Positions 48,201-56,500 of a stretch of DNA of 64,000 bases are shown here, in pieces (positions within the stretch are counted from its first letter, which is position 1; the number at the start of each line of letters is the position of its first letter). The translations under genes and the position numbers were made by a program. Location: the NCBI GenBank assembly GCA_965153285.1, contig OZ229121.1. One strand, 5' to 3'. Below the pieces are notes generated by a model, which did no database searches, was not told where the DNA came from, and saw only the letters and a list, made by a program, of their open reading frames with translations. Source of the stretch: Podarcis tiliguerta (lineage: Eukaryota).

Positions 48201-48869
48201 TTTGCATTCACGGGGTTCTGAAAATTCAACATCATTTTAGTGTGATTTTTTTTCTGAGCAAAAACATGTTTGTGTGCAATTTCCCCCAATATAAACATTT
48301 TTACAAAACAATTTCGCTAAATACAATGCATTTTTGTATGTTATTTTAACTAATATCTGTACTCCTTACTCCAGTATATGCATTTTTGAACATATTACTT
48401 CACAGGATAACTGGATTACAAATTTCAGGCAGCTGAAATTTTTAAAAGATGGCTGTTTTTCAGTTTTCATATTGTTTTAGAAAGTGTGGATTTGGTGGGT
48501 TTGACATTAATTTATCCCTTATCCCTAAATACCATCCAGCTGTCTTTCTTAGTCATACAATGAGATAGCCATTGGTTATAGTATAAAGTAGTTACTGCTC
48601 TCTCTGTGTGTATGATATACATTTTTTCCTCATTGGTAGAGCAAGAAGACAGTCTGGCATCAACACATGGCAGAGTTCTGAAGGCGGTTCTCCCGATTAT
48701 CTTCCTCCTCCTCATTGGTGTGGGTGTAGCAGCCTATGTTTTCTACAAAAGAAGAGGCAGACCGCAAGAAATCAGTGGTAGCATTGACAACCCTATGTAT
48801 AACGACAAAGTAGTCATTCTTCCAAATAAAGATTCAGAAATGGGTGAGGATGAAAAAGAGGGAGATTAA
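1..48869 (+). CDS. MRC1-like: Macrophage mannose receptor 1-like gene, paralog A (5'-partial; end of exon 2 plus exons 3-30; CysR end, FNII, CTLD1-8, TM, cytoplasmic tail)
   Basis: 29 exon segments with AG/GT sites (one GC donor) join in a single open frame of 3882 nt ending in TAA at 48867-48869. Domain order and exon phases follow MRC1. Confidence 0.95.
801..828. repeat. (TGT)n microsatellite
   Basis: Direct reading. Confidence 0.9.
2352..2386. repeat. (TA)n microsatellite
   Basis: Direct reading. Confidence 0.9.
2493..2666 (+). CDS. MRC1-like A exon 3 (fibronectin type II domain)
   Basis: tttag|CTCTG...AAAG|gtaaac; CRFPF..WY..C...LWCGTT...GYCP; 174 nt. Confidence 0.95.
3131..3693 (+). 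mobile_element. Solo LTR with an acidic internal ORF
   Basis: TGT...ACA ends; flanks AGAGC/GGAGC (degenerate 5-bp TSD); AATAAA near 3605; absent from the aligned intron 3 of paralog B. Confidence 0.75.
3794..4159. mobile_element. hAT-type MITE containing a nested Tc1/mariner-type MITE (3895-4074)
   Basis: TIRs CAGAGCTTTCCAAACT/AGTTTGGAAAGTTCTG; 8-bp TSD GTGTAAAG; inner element TA-CCGTATTT...ATAAATGCAG-TA. Confidence 0.8.
4940..5098 (+). CDS. MRC1-like A exon 4 (CTLD1)
   Basis: [31 protein letters not shown]; AG/GT boundaries; 159 nt. Confidence 0.95.
5425..5667. mobile_element. Tigger/mariner-like MITE (family also at 19904-20710 and 26656-26845)
   Basis: TA-flanked TIRs like CAGTCGTACCTTGG...CCAAGGT.C.ACTG; three related copies in the window. 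Confidence 0.65.
5996..6109 (+). CDS. MRC1-like A exon 5 (CTLD1)
   Basis: YWIGLNS...[17 protein letters not shown]; donor gtgagt. Confidence 0.95.
6185..6236. repeat. (TAT)n microsatellite
   Basis: Direct reading. Confidence 0.9.
7482..7625 (+). CDS. MRC1-like A exon 6 (CTLD1 end)
   Basis: [35 protein letters not shown]. Confidence 0.93.
8978..9420 (+). mobile_element. LTR-like or DIRS/Ngaro-type terminal repeat remnant
   Basis: Shares ACATCTGTAATCAATAAAGTTGTGGC with copies near 10397 and 61199; boundaries approximate. Confidence 0.45.
9500..9682 (+). CDS. MRC1-like A exon 7 (CTLD2)
   Basis: [14 protein letters not shown]...[17 protein letters not shown]; donor gtaagt. Confidence 0.95.
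9775..10500 (+). mobile_element. LTR-like or DIRS/Ngaro-type terminal repeat remnant
   Basis: Same AATAAAG motif plus a GGGTTT..CTT.CCT.ATAG.AATCATCACAACTTT block shared with 60871; boundaries approximate. Confidence 0.45.
10799..10956 (+). CDS. MRC1-like A exon 8 (CTLD2)
   Basis: [19 protein letters not shown]...DCVFMNGE; 158 nt. Confidence 0.95.
12004..12117 (+). CDS. MRC1-like A exon 9
   Basis: [19 protein letters not shown]...DPNCQK; donor gtaagt. Confidence 0.95.
12621..14600 (-). mobile_element. 5'-truncated L2-clade LINE with an uninterrupted 577-aa reverse transcriptase ORF (12865-14598)
   Basis: Motifs [44 protein letters not shown]; 3' UTR ends in an (ATT)n tail. Confidence 0.93.
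14882..15304 (-). mobile_element. CR1 LINE 3' fragment
   Basis: CR1 tail (ATTCTATG)n read as CATAGAATCATAGAAT; [18 protein letters not shown]. Confidence 0.85.
15305..15907 (+). mobile_element. Solo LTR (603 bp) inserted in CR1, carrying an ORF of about 129 aa (15309-15698)
   Basis: TG...CA ends; perfect 5-bp TSD CCCTC (15300-15304 and 15908-15912); splits a CR1 ORF. Confidence 0.88.
15908..16265 (-). mobile_element. CR1 LINE fragment (continuation of the 14882-15304 copy)
   Basis: [11 protein letters not shown]; [16 protein letters not shown]....LE.VQRR. Confidence 0.85.
16843..16958 (+). CDS. MRC1-like A exon 10 (CTLD3)
   Basis: [26 protein letters not shown]; 116 nt. Confidence 0.93.
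18047..18195 (+). CDS. MRC1-like A exon 11 (CTLD3)
   Basis: [24 protein letters not shown]...FTHWNSGMP. Confidence 0.95.
18309..18508 (+). CDS. MRC1-like A exon 12 (CTLD3 end, linker, CTLD4 start)
   Basis: [28 protein letters not shown]...CPNEW...CFK; 200 nt. Confidence 0.95.
18530..18863 (+). mobile_element. Sauria SINE
   Basis: tRNA-like head, (ACCTTT)n tail, TSD TATAC[C/T]ATTTCTTGAG. Confidence 0.9.
19538..19659 (+). CDS. MRC1-like A exon 13 (CTLD4)
   Basis: [26 protein letters not shown]; donor gtgagt. Confidence 0.95.
20127..20678. mobile_element. Tc1/mariner-type MITE (CCGTATTTTTCGCCC TIR) nested in a Tigger-like MITE
   Basis: TIRs with TA duplication; GC-rich internal repeats; host MITE resumes after 20680. 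Confidence 0.85.
21848..21932 (+). CDS. MRC1-like A exon 14 (CTLD4)
   Basis: [22 protein letters not shown]; donor gtaagt. Confidence 0.92.
22910..23048 (+). CDS. MRC1-like A exon 15 (CTLD4 end, divergent)
   Basis: [46 protein letters not shown]; phase 0 in, phase 1 out; CEH..NW.CQI matches MRC1. Confidence 0.88.
23660..23695 (+). CDS. MRC1-like A exon 16 (36-nt linker)
   Basis: tttcag|GTGTAACAGTG...TTTG|gtatgt; [12 protein letters not shown] keeps the frame. Confidence 0.85.
23788..25933 (-). mobile_element. Non-autonomous L1-like (HAL1-like) retroelement, about 2.1 kb, with a 200-aa ORF1-like ORF (24409-25011)
   Basis: 13-bp TSD CCTTATCAGCTCT (23775-23787 and 25934-25946); CpG-rich 5' end GCTTCCGG...AAATGGCGG; AATAAA and A/AG tail; coiled-coil-like ORF; no RT motifs. 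Confidence 0.75.
27575..27744 (+). CDS. MRC1-like A exon 17 (CTLD5)
   Basis: [14 protein letters not shown]...[27 protein letters not shown]. Confidence 0.95.
28788..29153 (-). mobile_element. Sauria SINE
   Basis: (AAAGGT)n tail and tRNA-like head on the minus strand; flanking AATGTTTAG repeats. Confidence 0.9.
29869..29936 (+). CDS. MRC1-like A exon 18 (CTLD5)
   Basis: [22 protein letters not shown]; 68 nt; donor gtaagt. Confidence 0.88.
30055..30116 (+). mobile_element. Sauria SINE 5' fragment
   Basis: GGGACGCGGGTAGCACTGTGGTCTAAACCACTGAGCCTCTTGG head only. Confidence 0.7.
30404..30504 (+). CDS. MRC1-like A exon 19 (CTLD5, EPN motif; GC donor)
   Basis: [30 protein letters not shown]; 101 nt; donor AG|GCAAGT. 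Confidence 0.93.
31088..31694. mobile_element. Tc1/mariner-type MITE, same family as 20127, opposite orientation, with internal tandem repeats
   Basis: TIR ...CCTATAGGGTGAAAAATACGG-TA; shares subterminal sequence with the 20127 copy. Confidence 0.8.
32121..32263 (+). CDS. MRC1-like A exon 20 (CTLD5 end, linker)
   Basis: [18 protein letters not shown]...[13 protein letters not shown]. Confidence 0.95.
32961..33075 (+). CDS. MRC1-like A exon 21 (CTLD6)
   Basis: [32 protein letters not shown]. Confidence 0.95.
33386..33645 (-). mobile_element. BovB/RTE LINE 3' fragment
   Basis: [22 protein letters not shown]...[13 protein letters not shown]. Confidence 0.92.
34052..34194 (+). CDS. MRC1-like A exon 22 (CTLD6)
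   Basis: DPWTGLND...[22 protein letters not shown]; donor gtaagt. Confidence 0.93.
34384..34733 (+). mobile_element. Sauria SINE
   Basis: Same body as the 18530 and 44048 copies. Confidence 0.9.
36407..36509 (+). CDS. MRC1-like A exon 23 (CTLD6 end)
   Basis: [34 protein letters not shown]; 103 nt. Confidence 0.92.
36676..36811. mobile_element. Palindromic hAT MITE
   Basis: TIR CAGGCACCCC.AAAC; 8-bp TSD CCCTATGA. Confidence 0.85.
37495..37975 (+). mobile_element. L2 LINE 3' fragment with an internal deletion
   Basis: [15 protein letters not shown]...[10 protein letters not shown]; same 3' end as the 12621 copy. Confidence 0.88.
38749..38981 (+). CDS. MRC1-like A exon 24 (CTLD7)
   Basis: FGNSSYSF...[10 protein letters not shown]...LASI...[10 protein letters not shown]; 233 nt. 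Confidence 0.95.
39058..39360 (+). mobile_element. CR1 LINE 3' fragment
   Basis: [25 protein letters not shown]. Confidence 0.8.
39494..39659 (+). CDS. MRC1-like A exon 25 (CTLD7 end)
   Basis: [37 protein letters not shown]; 166 nt. Confidence 0.95.
40699..40851 (+). CDS. MRC1-like A exon 26 (CTLD8)
   Basis: [12 protein letters not shown]...WVPFRAHCY...FKCAALG. Confidence 0.95.
   Translation, partial: VQSQLRSHSSQEDALHQKKMGKLGYLFGLIAISSSLVGMNGQQLSSNVLR
41360..41650. mobile_element. Penelope-like element terminal fragment
   Basis: CAGTAGCACCTTAGAGACCAAC...GAGCTTT..TG...CTTCAGA pattern, recognised from memory of reptile PLE termini. Confidence 0.5.
41675..42594. mobile_element. Mariner-type non-autonomous DNA transposon
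   Basis: Imperfect TIRs CCGCATTTCACCACATAATGGTCAC / GTGACCATTACGCAGTGAAATACAG. Confidence 0.55.
42250..42305. repeat. (TAT)n microsatellite
   Basis: Direct reading; source of the spurious poly-Y and poly-N ORFs. Confidence 0.9.
42863..42973 (+). CDS. MRC1-like A exon 27 (CTLD8)
   Basis: [15 protein letters not shown]...[11 protein letters not shown]. Confidence 0.92.
44048..44409 (+). mobile_element. Sauria SINE
   Basis: Perfect 13-bp TSD TATCTCTCAGAAG; ACCTTT tail. Confidence 0.92.
45116..45206. mobile_element. Short hAT MITE
   Basis: TIR CATAGCTGTCAAC; 8-bp TSD GGGAGGTG. Confidence 0.8.
45811..45996 (+). CDS. MRC1-like A exon 28 (CTLD8 end)
   Basis: [15 protein letters not shown]...[13 protein letters not shown]...[11 protein letters not shown]. 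Confidence 0.94.
46807..46842 (+). CDS. MRC1-like A exon 29 (36-nt stalk)
   Basis: ttatag|TTATTGAAGAG...CCTG|gtaaga; [12 protein letters not shown] keeps the frame. Confidence 0.85.
47234..47357. mobile_element. Short hAT MITE
   Basis: TIR TAGGGTTACCAGA; TSD TTCTAAA[T/C]. Confidence 0.75.
48640..48869 (+). CDS. MRC1-like A exon 30 coding part (TM helix plus cytoplasmic tail with DNPMY)
   Basis: [24 protein letters not shown] stop-transfer; IDNPMY; TAA. Confidence 0.95.
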
Positions 48870-49055
48870 CAAATGTGTAACTCTATACGCATTTCCCTGG
48901 GAGTAAGTCACATTGAGCTCACCAGGACCATTGATGGAAATTAATTGTTCCAAGCTGCAATATGTAGTGGTACTACCTGTGACGAGACTCATGATGTCAC
49001 AGTGTAAACATGATTATTACTTAGTGAAAACCAATGTTATATGAAATATTTTCAA

Positions 49056-49061
49056 ATTAAA
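49056..49061 (+). terminator. Candidate polyadenylation signal (ATTAAA) of paralog A
   Basis: ATTAAA about 190 nt after the stop; not confirmed by any transcript. Confidence 0.35.
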
Positions 49062-49196
49062 GATTACTTGACTTGAAAAACTAAGTGTGAAGATTCCTAT
49101 CTTACTTCAGAGCCCCAGTCAGTCGCTTATGTTCAGAGCTACCTGCTGAGCTCTTCCCCTTTCAAGGTTAGGGTTCATCTCATCCCTAGGTACTTT

Positions 49197-49257
49197 CTTG
49201 TTGTCGTTTAGTCGTGTCCGACTCTTTGTGACCCCATGGACCAGAGCACGCCAGGCA
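49197..49257 (-). mobile_element. BovB extreme 3' fragment
   Basis: TTGTTGTCGTTTAGTCGTGTCCGACTCTTTGTGACCCCATGGAC. Confidence 0.75.
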
Positions 49258-52200
49258 GGTTTCCTTATTTATCCTTCTGCCACTTAGGCTACCACTGGTT
49301 TGCTGCCCCAGCCTTTACAACCCTATTTCCCCTCTTCTCTATTTCCTGGATCCTTGGTAATGCTTGCTATCCCCTCTTATTCAGCTGTAACCTCTCCTCC
49401 ATTAATTCACCACAGGTAGTGCCCCTTTCCCTTATTCCAGTGCCAGTCAGTATCCTATTCTCATCCCTTTCCCGTTTACCACATTGTTATCTGCTTGTTC
49501 CTCCTCCATTTCACACTCACTCATACACGGGGCCGGTTGGGGACATCTTGCTGCTTGAGGCAAAGCTGGTGCTGTCCCCCTCCCTGCCAAAGCTGCCTCC
49601 CTGCTGCCACCAAAGCCACTGCCTGCCACTATTGAAGGTGGCCAGGGAGAGAAAAGGAAGCCCGAGAGGAGCAGGTCGCAGCTCAGGAGAAGGAAGAGGA
49701 GCAGGCAGCTAAGGAGGAGCAGCAGCAGGCAGCAGGAGGGCAACAAGATTAGGAGGCAAGAAGCACAGTCCTTGGGACCCAGATCTTCTACCCCTCCTGA
49801 CTGTTCCCCAGCCGGCCACCTGAGGCCACTGCCTCCCTGTGGCTCACACATTCCCTTTGCCGGCCACTTCTCCCTTGCCTTTGCACCTCACCCCTTATTT
49901 ATCTGGGAGTAAAGGGCTGTATTGCTCTGGAGATTATTATGTATTAATTTTTGTCCCACCTTTCCTCCAAAAGGAGCTCAGGGCTAAATAACAACAAAAT
50001 ACTAACACAATAGTTTTAAAACAAAAATGAAATGAAATTGAAAAATGAATAAGAACAACTAAAACATACATAAGCAGCTTAATTAAAATTTCACTCAGTA
50101 GGGGATGTTAAGGGAATTACAAGAAAACCAGAAACAAGAACAGAAATTGCTGAGGTTGCCTTACTTATCCTACGCCCGGAACAGAAATCAATCCAGCCAA
50201 TATGATCAGTATTCCCTACTGCTGTTGTGTACAATCTGCAAACGACAGATAACTGATTACATCCGTTTGCATTGTGTTTCCTTTGCATTAAATGAACTGG
50301 GTGGAATTACATAATGCCACCAGAACTTGCATAATTAATGTAAGTTACATAATTTTGGCACAATAGACAACAGGACAAAGTTGCAATCAATGGGATAAAT
50401 GTCCAGAAAGGACAGGGGCAAAGCATCCATACACAACAAACTCATGTCCATGTATGGAGACCTCACTTAGACACACACATAATGTGTTCAGAGGGGTTTC
50501 ACATATCTGGAAATCCCTGATGAGATGTTCATATAGCATTTCCTTCTTTTTTTCTGAATTAATTCTTCTGAATGATCTAGTAGGATCCAGACCAGACAGT
50601 AACAATGTCTGCAATGAAGAAGTGACTTGAACAATTTTTCCATTTTTTTCCAGGAAACTTCTGAACATGACAGCATGCTTTCACTTCTCTTTCTGCTTGA
50701 GTCACATTTTTTCAGTTCTCCTTTGGGGCAGGGGGCGAGGGGCTAGGCATTACTTGGACTGCACAAGACACAAGAGCAGCCCCATGATCCTCCCCACCTC
50801 CTCCTCACATGTTGTTCTTTATAGCTCGTGCCCTGGCGTTATTTCCTGCCCCTGCTCCAGAAATAGGCATTGGCTGCTGCTGGCGAGGACAAGAAAAAAC
50901 ACTCAGCATAATGATGCAGGGGAACACAGAGTGCAGCAAATTAGTTCCTACAGGGGTGGAGGTGGAGATATCAATGGAGGAGAAGGCTGTCCATAGCTTC
51001 TAGTCTTGATGGTTATATTGCTTCCAGTATCAGAGGCAGAAGACCTCAGAATGCCAGCTCCTGGGGCCAGCAAGTGGGAGAATGCTGTTGCACTTTTTGT
51101 GAGCTTCCCATAGGGCTTCACCATTTTGAGAACACAATCTGGACTAGATAGGGCCAGGCCTTTGGTCTAATCAAGTCCTTGTCCTTTGGGAAGAGGACCT
51201 TTACATACAGTTCTGCTCTGCCAAAGTTCTGTAATGAGAAGGAGACCTTGGGAGCAAACCAGCCCTACCATTGGGCAAAGTCAGGTAATCACCTTAGGTG
51301 GCAGATGTTGGAGGGCTGTGGCTTGTCATTTTTCCATCTTAAATTTGTTTCTCAACATTTCCCCACCCATTTGCATTTGTGGGGTCCTGAAAATTCAACA
51401 TCATTTTAGTGTGAAGTTTTCTGAGCAAAAATATGTTTGTGTGCAATTTCCCCCAATATATTCCTCTGCCTATTCCTCTTAATTTAATTTCATTGTACAC
51501 AGGTTGTACAATGACAATAAAGGTATTATTATTATTACTATTATTACTATTATTATTTTATTATGCCCCCTGACCACCATCTTCCCAACTGGAAGATTGG
51601 CCCACTCTGCTGAACTAACCTGCTGCGTAAGATGAAGTCCAGGATGCCAGCCCATTGCTACTGTTGAAGGAAGACTCAACTGCCACTCCAGTCTGCTTCT
51701 GGATGTGGAATGATAAAGAGCAGTAGTGCAGCTAACTGAGTTTAGACCCTGGACTTAATGGTCTTAAGGGGTCCTCCTCTTAGATTGCAATTTTCATTAC
51801 TTCAGTTCTGAAGCACCGAATCAGCACCTCTCCCCCACACTCCTGGCTATTCCATTATTTACAGCTGCTTCCATATTCCTGATTAGTTATAGCAAAACAA
51901 ACCAAAACAAACACATTTGCCAATCATAATTTTCCCAAAAAAAGAGAAATACTATGAACACATGCCGTTCTGCATTTTAAACTCATTTAAACTGTAGTAC
52001 TTTCAATGACTACAGGAATAAAATGCAGTTAGCTTCTGCTGCCCCAGAAAGGATAATATATTTTGTCCTGTCGGGGGGAAAGGTGGGGTATAAATAAATA
52101 TATAATAAGCATATATTTTAAAAGCAGAAGTAAAATGAGCCTCTGCAACCATGCTGTCAGTGGCAACCTTGACTATAAAATGATTTTTTTTTTAAACAAT

Positions 52201-52728
52201 GTGGTTTAAAATTGGATGGGGGAACCGTCTGTTGAGATTCCTGCATTGCAGGGGGGTTGGACTAGATGACCCTCAGGGTCCCTTCCAATTCTACAACTAT
52301 GATTCTAAGAAGGTAGGATACTGTGTTGATCATTGTCAGCCCTCTGGGTTCCAGCATATCTATATCATGGCAGGTGCTAATGTGCAGTTGAATGAAAGGC
52401 AGGCAAGGACACCATTGCACACCTACACCAAAATATGAATTTTGTGAGTGGCTTTAAGGTCTGTGGCTAGAAAGCATAGTATAAAAGTAATAAAGAAATT
52501 TAAAGAAATAGTAAAAATGAAATTTCATTCTCCAGAAATATGAAGAGACTCATCAAGGCATTTCAACTATTGGGTGTGTGTTTTTTTAAAAAAATCCTTC
52601 TAAATGTGAAGCTCCATATAAGACATTAAATGTGAAGTGCAACATATTTATTTGCCTATTCTCATTAGAAAAAAGTGTCAGCACTTATGAAGTAAGAGTC
52701 CTGTACATGTATGGGTTATATAGCCTGT

Positions 52729-53163
52729 CCCAGTAGTGATGTATGAAAGTGAGAGCTGGACCATAAAGAAGGCTGATCACCGAAGAATTGATGCTTTTGA
52801 GTTATGGTGCTGGAGGAGACTCTTGAGAGTCCCATGGACTGGAAGAAGATCAAACCTATCCATTCTTAAGGAAATCAGCCCTGAGTGCTCACTGGAAGGA
52901 CAAATCGTGAAGCTGAGGCTCCAATACTTTGGCCACCTCATGAAAAGAGAAGACTCCCTGGAAAAGACCCTGATGTTGGGAAAGATGGAGGGCACAAGGA
53001 GAAGGGGACGGCAGAGGATGAGATGGTTGGATAGCGTTCTCGTAGCCACCAGCATAAGTTTGACCAAACTGCCGGAGGCAGTGGAAGACAGGAGGGCCTG
53101 GTGTGCTCTGGTCCATGGGGTCACGAAGAGTCGGACACGACTAAATGACTAAACAACAACAAC
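52729..53163 (+). mobile_element. BovB/RTE LINE 3' fragment just upstream of paralog B
   Basis: MYESESWTIKKAD.RRIDAFELWCWRRLLRVPWT...; (CAA)n tail. Confidence 0.95.
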
Positions 53164-53422
53164 ACCCTCCACATATTCTACAGTTCTTGAAGATGCCTGC
53201 TGACTTCTCCCTGTAGCCAAGAAAGATTTACTTTATATCAGTGGCTCCCAACCTTTAAGAGTCAAAGGACCCCTTTCAATCCCAAAAAAATTAAAGGGTG
53301 CCAAGAGGATCTTCTAGCCCCGGTATACTGTATTCAGATTGAGTCCACTGCTGCATTTGCCAAAGACAAAAATTGCAGTATTGCAAAATTTGGCTTTGTG
53401 TACATTATAACATGTCAAACAC

Positions 53423-53432
53423 AGAAGTGAAA
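53423..53432 (+). promoter_or_regulatory. PU.1/IRF composite (EICE)-like motif upstream of paralog B
   Basis: AGAAGTGAAA about 100 nt before the ATG resembles GGAAnnGAAA; a myeloid promoter is expected for MRC1; motif match only. Confidence 0.3.
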
Positions 53433-53535
53433 TTTTCATTCTGCCTGGCTCATTTATGAAGAAGTAACTGAAAAGCAGCAGACTCTGATTTTTCTTCTTT
53501 CCATGGGATCTGTGTGGTAGGTTTGGTTGTGGCCA

Positions 53536-53596
53536 ATGCCTTCCTTTTTGCTCCTAAATCTCTTGGTCCTCATTCAAGTGACTTTTCAAGTACCAG
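53536..53596 (+). CDS. MRC1-like B exon 1 (signal peptide MPSFLLLNLLVLIQVTFQVP)
   Basis: 61 coding nt, hydrophobic; donor CAG|gtaagc; phase 1 matches exon 2. Confidence 0.88.
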
Positions 53597-56500
53597 GTAA
53601 GCTCCACTATTGTTACTTTAGTAAGTAAAGGTGCACCTTCAATAAATTTAACTGTTTACATTTGAATCATCTTCTGGAAGTTAATGTTGCGTCATTAAAG
53701 TTAAATCCATGCAACAGGAGATACAATGAGAAGTAATTAAACATTGAATCTGCTTATAGCAATAAAATCAGGTTTAAATTACAATAACATCACAGCCAAC
53801 ATCATTTTGAATGTAATTTACATCATGAGTTTTTACTGTTGCAAGAAAGAATTTGTTCTTTCTACATGCAACACTCTGCTGTATCCTGTTACTTTGTTTT
53901 TCACTATATAAAAACGAACTGTAAATACAAGAAATGCATCAACAATAACATTTTAACAATATTAAACAAGAAGAATATCTGACATATTTATGTACGCAAC
54001 AAAAAAGACATCTTTTGTTGTTTCCATTGGTGTCCTTTGCACTAACAGAGCTCCTTGATCCACTGGAGCCTTTTGTCAGGAGACAATATTTGCCATTCCT
54101 CCTTCCTCATGTGCTTCCCAAAGTGTGCCAAGGTGTCTCCCAAGTCTCTGGAGCAAATTGGGAGGAAATATATGGTGTGCAGGAGGAATGAGGAATTGTC
54201 AAAATATTGCCTTCCTCCCTGTTTTGCTAACAGAAAACTGCAGGATCAAAGAGCCTTCCTTCAGAGTGAAGGATCCCACTGAGTGCATTCCTTGCGCTTT
54301 AATTACACCTCTTCCTCATGAAAGGAAAGCATCATATCCTTACTGTTCTTGAATATAATGCGATATTTCTCAGGTTATTTACTGGTATGGTTGGAGTGTT
54401 ATAATCACGAAGGCTGTTAGCCTACATGACTGTTTTTACTGTATCTATTGGGTAAGAATTTGTCCTGGTATTTTTTATGACTGTTGATACTAATTTTAGG
54501 ATACTGTATTTCTCATGTCTTAGGTGTACTTTTTTTTAAAAAAAAGAAACCACCATCAGACTAATTCCTACTGATGGGCAGTATAGCAAATGGTTTTAAT
54601 TACATAAATAAATAGGAAATCAGTTTGTCATCACACATTGAGGGCCATAGAAGATGTCTTGGTGTTATAAAAGCAGACAAGTGGGGAATATTTGGATGAG
54701 ATCAATGGTTTGGGTAGGCAAGAGGAGCTAAACCTTTTCCCAGCTACATATTTGTCCAAATCCTCCACCAAAGTTGTTTTTAGCCATGGGGCAGAGGATT
54801 TTTTTTCACAGAATGCAGGTGCCAGCATATTATTCCCTGTACAGCGCAGGATAGGGGGTGGGGGGCAGGGGGACAGATAGTTTCAGGGCACTGATGTGGA
54901 AGGATAGGTGAACCTGCTCACCTCTGTTCTCCAGTTCAAATTGCCCTCGCCCCATGCTTTTAGCAATAAATAAAGAAATAAAAATAACAATTATGAAGAT
55001 TCAATCTCAAATGTCTCGCATCATGTCTAGTTTGGCACTCAAAAGGAGTGAAATATTTTTTTAAAAATCCTTTTTTAAAAAGCTTTATTTATAAAGGTAT
55101 GGGTCTTTTGTTTAAAAATGCAGCATTTTGAGAATAATCAAATGAATAAAATAAACTGCAAACAGGATTTGTCTTAGCTAGGAATTAAGCAAGTTATGGA
55201 CCTCTGATAAATAAGACACAGCACTGTAAAATGCAGAATCAACATGAGAGGTATTTCTCTCTTTGCTCTTTCAATCTTATTGTCTCTTGGTATTATCATC
55301 CTGCCAGTGGTTGCCATGTTGGAAGCTATGTGGATTTTTTTCACCATGTTCCTATAATTTTTCCTCTCTTGATTTTCCAGAAAGTGACAACTTTCTGATA
55401 CAAAATGAAAACCTCAAGCTTTGTATACAACCTCAGAAATCTCGTTCCATCATCCTGGTCAACTGCGATGAGGATAATGAGTGGCAACATTTCAAGTGGG
55501 TTTCCGACGACCAGATTTTGAACATGGCAGTGAAGTTATGCCTGGCAGTGCCTTCCAAGTCAAACCTGGTTGCCCTCACCCTCTCCCCCTGCAATGAGAC
55601 GAGTGAACTTCAGAAATGGGAATGCAGAAATGAGAGCCTCCTTGCACTCGAACAGGGGGAATTGTTTTTAAATCCCGAAGGTGGCCAAAAAAGTCGTCTT
55701 ATACTTTCTAAAGTAGCCACCAGCAAGAGTACCTGGAAGATCTATGGAACAAAAGACAGCTTGTGTTCCAAGGGCTATGAAGGTAAAATGAGAGAGTTAA
55801 TCCTCTTTCTTTAGATATTTAGCTGGTGTATCTGCTTCCAGCATGTTGAATCCCCTACATCTGGGACCCAAAATAGGTATGATGCAAATCACATAACCAT
55901 CAGTCCAGACTCCAGCTATATCAGAAGGACAAAATAGGATCTAAAGGCAGAGTACTAAAGAAAGTGGCTCAACTTAAGCACCAACTATATATATAGTCAG
56001 GGAATTAAAGATCAAATTGAAAAATTAAGCAGCTAAAAAAGACCTCCTTCATACAAACAATACAATACTCTCTCACATCCTTTTTTACATATCAGATGTT
56101 CTGCCACACTGAATAGAATATTTATCACACCCCCATTCTCAAATTATGTTCTTGTGTATATGGGCTGCCATACATCTGGAATATCCTATACATAACCGGG
56201 ATTTGGCCATCGGAAACTGTGTCCAGGTGGAAATTGCTGTAAATATCTGGGAAAATCTGAAAGCATGGCAACCCATGCTGGAAGTGTGGATTTTTGCGAA
56301 TTTCCTTCAAAATATCTCAAAAACCTTTGTGTCCTGATGTTCGCTTTTTGAAATATGGCAACCCTATGCGTATATCTCTCTTCCCCCTGGAGGAATGACT
56401 GTCCTGTATGGTAATAGCTTTTAGATGTTAAACATACCTTCATATATTTGATATGAACATACATATTACTGTTTTATAATATTGTTGTTTTTATGGATTT

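Noticed and set aside
1-48869. Possibility that paralog A is a pseudogene, or is MRC2, LY75 or PLA2R1
   Set aside because: No stops or frameshifts in the reconstructed exons. Eight CTLDs, exon sizes and motifs (YQINS.SALTW, EPNF.NEDENC) fit MRC1.
49525-49910. Coding-like low-complexity stretch (EEQVAAQEKEEEQAAKEE or an Arg-rich frame) after gene A
   Set aside because: No start, splice structure, termini or TSD that I could define. It may be a decayed retroelement but I cannot support that.
48160-51460. About 130-bp similarity between 48165-48295 and 51335-51460, suggesting a duplicated last exon
   Set aside because: No second TM exon follows. It looks like an interspersed repeat, related to 905-1325 in reverse.
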